Assembly (NCBI GenBank): GCA_958296135.2
Contig: CATQHZ020000001.1
Location: 3,840,001-3,904,000 of the forward strand
Reading direction: 5' to 3'
Source of the DNA: an uncultured Poribacteria bacterium
Lineage (GTDB): Bacteria; Poribacteria; WGA-4E; WGA-3G
Length of the DNA: 64,000 nucleotides
The position numbers and the translations under genes are program-made. Numbering within the stretch: position 1 is the stretch's first letter; every line of letters starts with the position of its first letter. The notes under the pieces are model-generated. The model did not search any database. It saw only the letters and a list, made by a program, of their open reading frames with translations, and was not told the origin of the DNA. Shown here piece after piece: positions 59,010 through 64,000 of this stretch.

Positions 59010-59207
59010 TTAATTCCGCGGGAGCGGGATTTCATCACCATACTGTTTTGCAGTCTCTATCCAGCAGACAACCGCGTCCCGCCCATTCTCAAGCACCTCC
59101 TCAGGCGTTTCTCCATCAGAGATACATCCTGGAAGATCGGGAAATTCGATTAAATAGCCGCCGCCTTCCTCAGCAGGCAAGACACTCGTAATAAATGGGT
59201 ACCCATT
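59010..59207 (-). pseudogene. hicB: HicB-family antitoxin lacking an in-frame start
   Basis: EEGGGYLIEFPDLPGCISDGETPEE..IP.P motif; nearest ATG (59206) is out of frame; no hicA. Confidence 0.75.
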
Positions 59208-60369
59208 ACTCCGTCCGCAACCTCGGATCCAAGGCATCACGGACAGCATCGCCGAATAGATTCGCCGGCAACACCAACCCGAACATAAACGTGAACGCCG
59301 CCGCCAGATTCCACCATACAATCGGGTCGCGGGCGAGCTCCAAACGTGCTGTGTTAATCATGTTGCCCCAACTCCCAGTCGTCGGCTCCACGCCGATCTG
59401 AAGATAACTCAGCAGTGCCTCTGTCAGCACCAAACCGCTAAATCGCAAAATGGAGGAGATTAGCACGATGTGCATCAGGTTGGGAATGAGATGCTTCAGG
59501 ATAATCGTGGCACGGTTGACACCGAACGCCTCGGCGGCTTGGACATATTCTAATTCGCGGAGCTTCAACGTTTCGCCGCGCAAGATGCGGCACAAACCTG
59601 TCCAACTGCTAATGCCCATGATGAGGCAGAGGTTGAAGAGCCCCTGTCCGAATAGAAGCATGAAGGCGACGATGAGCAGGATACTGGGAATAGAAGCGAG
59701 CGTGGAGTAGAGGTATTGCACGCCATCGTCAACCCAACCGCCGAAGTAACCGGCAACAACGCCGAATAAAATCGCAAACGGCACGGCGAGCAGCGTCGTA
59801 AATCCGCCGATAATTAGCCCCGTGCGGATGCCTTTCAGCGCGCGATAGAGGACATCACTCCCAACTTTATCCGTGCCCAGCCAGTGGCTCCGTGGATAGT
59901 TTAGCGGCGGGTATTCCCGTCTGCCGGTTTCCGGTGAGGTGCTTTTGGCATACAGATGCGTAGCGAAGGGCGCAGAATAGGTCTTCTCTGTCCTCTCCCG
60001 AAGCGGCGTGCAGAGTCTGTCCAAAATGCTCAGTCCTCTCGGTTTGTAAACCACTTTGCCGCTTTCGTTCCAGATCAGCGTGTTGTCTTTGCCTACCACC
60101 GGGTCGCGCCAACTGATGCTATCCAGCACGCCGATCAGCACATAGAGCGTGAGAATGCCGAGACAGACGAGCGCGAGCCGGTTGTGGCGGAGCTGTCGGG
60201 CAGCATTTCGCCAATACTCGCGGCGGGCGGCGTATCGGATAAGCCATCCGCCAGCGACAAGGCACGCAATGACGACAAGATTCTGATACGCATCAGAGCC
60301 CCATATCCAGCTGAGCCGGTCGCCGATACCGATGTCTTCTGTATCTATTCCAAAAAGAAAAATAGGCAT
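59206..60369 (-). CDS. Peptide ABC transporter permease (DppC/OppC family)
   Basis: HWLGTDKVGSD, YVQAAEAFG (EAA), SWGNMI, GDAVRDALDP. Confidence 0.93.
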   Translation of the reverse strand: MPIFLFGIDTEDIGIGDRLSWIWGSDAYQNLVVIACLVAGGWLIRYAARREYWRNAARQLRHNRLALVCLGILTLYVLIGVLDSISWRDPVVGKDNTLIWNESGKVVYKPRGLSILDRLCTPLRERTEKTYSAPFATHLYAKSTSPETGRREYPPLNYPRSHWLGTDKVGSDVLYRALKGIRTGLIIGGFTTLLAVPFAILFGVVAGYFGGWVDDGVQYLYSTLASIPSILLIVAFMLLFGQGLFNLCLIMGISSWTGLCRILRGETLKLRELEYVQAAEAFGVNRATIILKHLIPNLMHIVLISSILRFSGLVLTEALLSYLQIGVEPTTGSWGNMINTARLELARDPIVWWNLAAAFTFMFGLVLPANLFGDAVRDALDPRLRTE

Positions 60370-60452
60370 TTATTCGATAGTTGAAAAATGGCGAGGGGAA
60401 CCCTCGGCGATTCGCGTTCGCCGGGCCCGCGCCCTACGGAGCTACGATGGGC

Positions 60453-61502
60453 CTATTCTGTCTGATAAACCGCCTCGCGCGAGTGGAACCCATCTTTGAT
60501 GACAACCTCATCGAGATTCGCTTTGTCCACCTGAACAGGGGTGAGCAAAATCGATGGCACGTCAACTTTACCGTTGTTGACAGTCTGCGTGGCTTCCGCA
60601 ATCTGTTCTCCCTTTGCGAGGGCGACAGCGGCTTGCGCCGCTTTCGTCGCGATGAGGTGAATCGGCTTGTAGACCGTCATTGTTTGCGTGCCTTTGAGAA
60701 TCCGTTGGCATGCGGATAACTCTGCATCTTGCCCCGATACCAGCACCTTCCCGGCGAGGTTTTGTCCCTCCAATGCTTGAATAACGCCGCCTGCTGTGCC
60801 ATCGTTGGAGGCGACAACGGCATCGATGCGATTGTTCGTCTGCGTCAGCACCTGCTCCGCCTTCTTCAGTGCATCGCGCGGGTCCCAGTTGAACGCCCAG
60901 TGCTTCCCTTCCGCAACCAACCGAATGTCGCCTGCGTCAATCGCCTCTTGCAAGGCACGGAGCTGCCCCTTCCGGAGGAGCTGCGCGTTGTTATCAGTCG
61001 GCGCGCCGCCGAGCAGGAAATAATCCCCCTTGGGTTTTTGGCGCAGCAAGTATTCCGCCTGCAAATAGCCTACCTGCTCGTTGTCAAAGGAAATGTAGAG
61101 GTCTGGTTCACTCTCGCGGATAAGCCTGTCGTAAGCGAGCACCTTGATGCCTTCAGCATGGGCCGCTTGGACAATCTGCGCAGCAGCAACGCTATCCTTC
61201 GGAATAACGACGAGAACATCCACGCCTTGCGTGATCAGGTTCTCAGCCTGCGCGTTCTGTCGCCGTTCGTCGCCATCGGCGGATTGCACGATAACTTCCG
61301 CGCCGAGTTTCTCCGCTTCAGCCTTGAAAATATCCCGGTCCTTCTGCCAGCGTTCAACCCGTAGCGAGTCCATGGAGAGCCCGATTTTAATTTTCTTGGG
61401 TGCAGAAGGATCGGCACACCCGCAAAACAGGGCGAGGCATCCTACCAATAAGATGACGAGTGCGCGCTTGCAAAACGCGCTTATGGGTAATGTGCGGTTC
61501 AT
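60453..61502 (-). CDS. xylF: D-xylose-type sugar ABC transporter substrate-binding protein
   Basis: ERWQKDRD, AYDRLI, SFDNE, PTDNNA, SGQDA, TVYKPI motifs. Confidence 0.85.
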   Translation of the reverse strand: MNRTLPISAFCKRALVILLVGCLALFCGCADPSAPKKIKIGLSMDSLRVERWQKDRDIFKAEAEKLGAEVIVQSADGDERRQNAQAENLITQGVDVLVVIPKDSVAAAQIVQAAHAEGIKVLAYDRLIRESEPDLYISFDNEQVGYLQAEYLLRQKPKGDYFLLGGAPTDNNAQLLRKGQLRALQEAIDAGDIRLVAEGKHWAFNWDPRDALKKAEQVLTQTNNRIDAVVASNDGTAGGVIQALEGQNLAGKVLVSGQDAELSACQRILKGTQTMTVYKPIHLIATKAAQAAVALAKGEQIAEATQTVNNGKVDVPSILLTPVQVDKANLDEVVIKDGFHSREAVYQTE

Positions 61503-61512
61503 ATTGCCCTCC

Positions 61513-62832
61513 TTATTGCGATTTGGGCGGGGCCTCTGTCTCTTCCTCGGCGGTTATCTCCTGCACGACATCGCCGATATTCAACGAATCCGTCCCCTCA
61601 ACGAGACGGAAAACCGACATCTTATCGCTCTGAATCTCAACGACGGTGATGATGGCGATTTTGCGGCGCGTGTACGTCAGGATTTCACCCGTGTCTATAT
61701 CGCGGACCGGTTTGCCTTTGGAATAGACAGCAAACTGCTGATTGATGGCCATGCGCTTAGCCGGACCGATTTTGACATAAATGTGGCCCAAGTCCTCGTT
61801 ATCAACGTATTGGATTTTCCCTTTGAGGGAGCCAACTGCTGCCGTTTCTGCGGGTTGCGTATCCTCCTCGGCGGTTGCGGGCCGCGTCTCCCACGGCGTG
61901 ATGAAGTTCGGGCCCACGTTATCGCGGAGCGCGACGACTACCTTGATCAACGCTTCGTTCGTCACCATGCCGAGGAGCGTTTTGTTGTATTCTGGACTTG
62001 CGAACTCAATTTTGTTGAGTGCTATCGGGTTCACAATCGGGTTGGGATTTTTTTGCTCCGTGGCCCGCGTCTGTCCAAAGGATAGATTGGTTCCCTGCTC
62101 CGTCACACTAGCTTCCAAGGCGGCAGCTCTGGTTCCCGCAAGCGAATGGTCTAGGCTCGCGACGATAGGGAGTTCTGTCACCATGATTTTTTGGGTTTTA
62201 TCGTAAAACTTAATGGGTTCGCCGTGAGCATCGTAACCCTTGAGATGCAGCTTCACCGTAGCACGATGGAGATACCCCATCACCTGAATGCCTGTCATAA
62301 AACTCGTGTTGGCTTGGCTCGTTTGCCGCCCGCCTTCTCTCAGCGTGCGTGAAGCGTTGGCTCTCAAACGTTCCTGATTAAAATGTCGAATCTCCCCGGT
62401 AACGAGGACATCGGCGTTGAGCAGTCCGGCAAACTTCGCGCGCTGTACGGTATCTAATTTTTTCAGCATGTCGCGCGAGAGCGTCATCTGTGCCATAGCA
62501 TCCAGCAGTTCATTCCAACTCACCGGTTGATAGACGTTCGTTTCGGCGAGTTTCCGGTTGAGCATCGTCACGAACCCTATCTTCAGATTCCACGGTTCAT
62601 AGATGTTCTCGATGCGTCTCTTCTTGCCGAAGATTTTCCCGATGAAGCCTGGAATGCACCCACAACCGGTGGCAGAAGCAAATTGGGTCCGGTCCGCAAA
62701 ATAGAGGACAGCGATGCGTTTCCCTGCAGGATGCGCTTCCTCCTCCGAAGTCGCACCGCTACTGGCGATAACGCCTACCATAAGGCACAAACTGAGCACG
62801 CCTAACAGTGAGAATGCGAAAAAGCGTTTCAT
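61513..62832 (-). CDS. Secreted protein with CsgG-like and FlgT C-terminal-like domains
   Basis: Signal peptide; RIAVLYFAD...LLNADVLVTGEI; DIDTGEIL...NIGDVV. Confidence 0.6.
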   Translation of the reverse strand: MKRFFAFSLLGVLSLCLMVGVIASSGATSEEEAHPAGKRIAVLYFADRTQFASATGCGCIPGFIGKIFGKKRRIENIYEPWNLKIGFVTMLNRKLAETNVYQPVSWNELLDAMAQMTLSRDMLKKLDTVQRAKFAGLLNADVLVTGEIRHFNQERLRANASRTLREGGRQTSQANTSFMTGIQVMGYLHRATVKLHLKGYDAHGEPIKFYDKTQKIMVTELPIVASLDHSLAGTRAAALEASVTEQGTNLSFGQTRATEQKNPNPIVNPIALNKIEFASPEYNKTLLGMVTNEALIKVVVALRDNVGPNFITPWETRPATAEEDTQPAETAAVGSLKGKIQYVDNEDLGHIYVKIGPAKRMAINQQFAVYSKGKPVRDIDTGEILTYTRRKIAIITVVEIQSDKMSVFRLVEGTDSLNIGDVVQEITAEEETEAPPKSQ

Positions 62833-63064
62833 GTCAGCCTCCTATAAACATTTCGTTTTAACTATCTACTTAGTTAGTCTACTACAAGGTGGGTTTTAAT
62901 TCAATAAAATTCGATTTTGTCAGATTTTTTCATAAAAAAACTTGACAAATGCTATCAAAATATGCTAAACTTATGTTGAAAAGTCGAAGAGTGGCTATTT
63001 TGAAAACGGGCGGCACTTCAGATTTGTAAGTTTCGCCCTCACGAAATTTCACAAGGATAAACTG

Positions 63065-64000
63065 ATGAATACATATCATGTTGAGCGTATTGATGCGCTT
63101 GAAGTTCGGGTTGAACGGGTAGAAGGCTTTTTGGAGCAGATTGTTGCGAACGTCGCTGTGCTCGCAGAAAGCCACGTGAAAATCGATCAGAAGGTTCAGG
63201 TGCTTGTGCAGCAGGTTGGACAACTCGCCCAAGTTGTTGACACCCTTTCCAAGAGCCAAGCGCGAACCGCTGAAGAACTACGTGAGATGCGTATCGCCAC
63301 CGAGCGTGAAATATCGCAACTTCGCGAAAGCCAAGCGCGAACCGACGCACGCTTTGAGGCACTCGCCCAGCGCGAGGTAGCGCGCGACAAACGCAACGAG
63401 CAGCGCGATGCAGCATTCAACCGGAAATTGGACGCTCTCGCCGAAAACCAAGCGCGAACCGATGAACAACTCCGGGAGATGTGTGTCACCGTGGCGCAGG
63501 AGATGGCGAACCTCCATGAAAATCAAGCACGAATCGATGCGCTCTTTGAAGCAGCCGCCCAACGAGATGCAGAACGCACCGAACAAAATGCCGAACGCGA
63601 CGCGGCATTCAACCGGAAATTGGACGCAAGCGATGAAGCCCGAGCCCAAGCCGATGAAGAATACCGCAAAAGCCGAACCAATGCCGAAAGGGAGATGGCT
63701 AAACTCCGCGAAAGCCAAGCACGAACCGACGCACTCTTTGAAGCAGCCGCACAGCGAGATGCAGAACGAGACAAACGCGAAGCAGAACGAGCCGAACAGC
63801 AAGCCGCACGCGACATAGCACTTGACCGGCGACTTGAAAAAATCGCCGCAGACCGAGAGAAAGCCAATCAGGAATACGCTGAGATGCGAGCCAACGCCGA
63901 ACGAGAAATGGCTAAACTTCGCGAAAGCCAAGCACGAACCGACGCACTCTTTGAAGCAGCCGCACAGCGAGATGCAGAACGAGACAAACGCGAAGCAGAA
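63065..64000 (+). CDS. Repetitive coiled-coil protein, runs off the window end
   Basis: AAGGA RBS + ATG 63065 (MNTYHVERIDALE); frame open to 64000 with repeated LRESQARTDALFEAAAQRDAER; absent from the ORF track because it lacks a stop. Confidence 0.8.
   Translation, partial: MNTYHVERIDALEVRVERVEGFLEQIVANVAVLAESHVKIDQKVQVLVQQVGQLAQVVDTLSKSQARTAEELREMRIATEREISQLRESQARTDARFEALAQREVARDKRNEQRDAAFNRKLDALAENQARTDEQLREMCVTVAQEMANLHENQARIDALFEAAAQRDAERTEQNAERDAAFNRKLDASDEARAQADEEYRKSRTNAEREMAKLRESQARTDALFEAAAQRDAERDKREAERAEQQAARDIALDRRLEKIAADREKANQEYAEMRANAEREMAKLRESQARTDALFEAAAQRDAERDKREAE

Overview
Bacterial chromosomal window of moderately high GC. Gene content (lamin-tail-domain surface protein, NHL/TPR/HEAT repeat proteins, PhyH dioxygenase, dense GTAG-hairpin repeats) suggests a Candidatus Poribacteria-like genome; this is inference, as no marker gene is present. 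Housekeeping and metabolic genes (nusB, lptF/lptG, purD, trpF, lacD-type aldolase, polyprenyl synthase, two amt, HelY-like helicase, alpha-carbonic anhydrase, xylF-like) alternate with accessory loci. Main observations: (1) two tandem beta-class DNA methyltransferase-Mrr-like fusion genes, nearly identical except for a cleanly swapped target-recognition segment, with the duplication junction visible; (2) a decayed IS607-family element (tnpA and tnpB broken) whose tnpA holds a precise 91-bp structured insert; (3) a perfect sigma54 promoter upstream of an uncharacterised beta-barrel-like gene and two amt genes, with no glnK; (4) a large surface-protein gene preceded by a C8-interrupted leader ORF with an RGPP motif and bracketed by two same-orientation REP-like arrays; (5) unannotated duplicated 30-aa membrane peptides upstream of carbonic anhydrase; (6) a porin-imelysin-di-heme protein operon with three Fur boxes; (7) a RelA-zinc-finger/DUF2250-like fusion. 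No rRNA, tRNA or CRISPR array was seen. All family assignments are from motif recognition by eye, not database searches.
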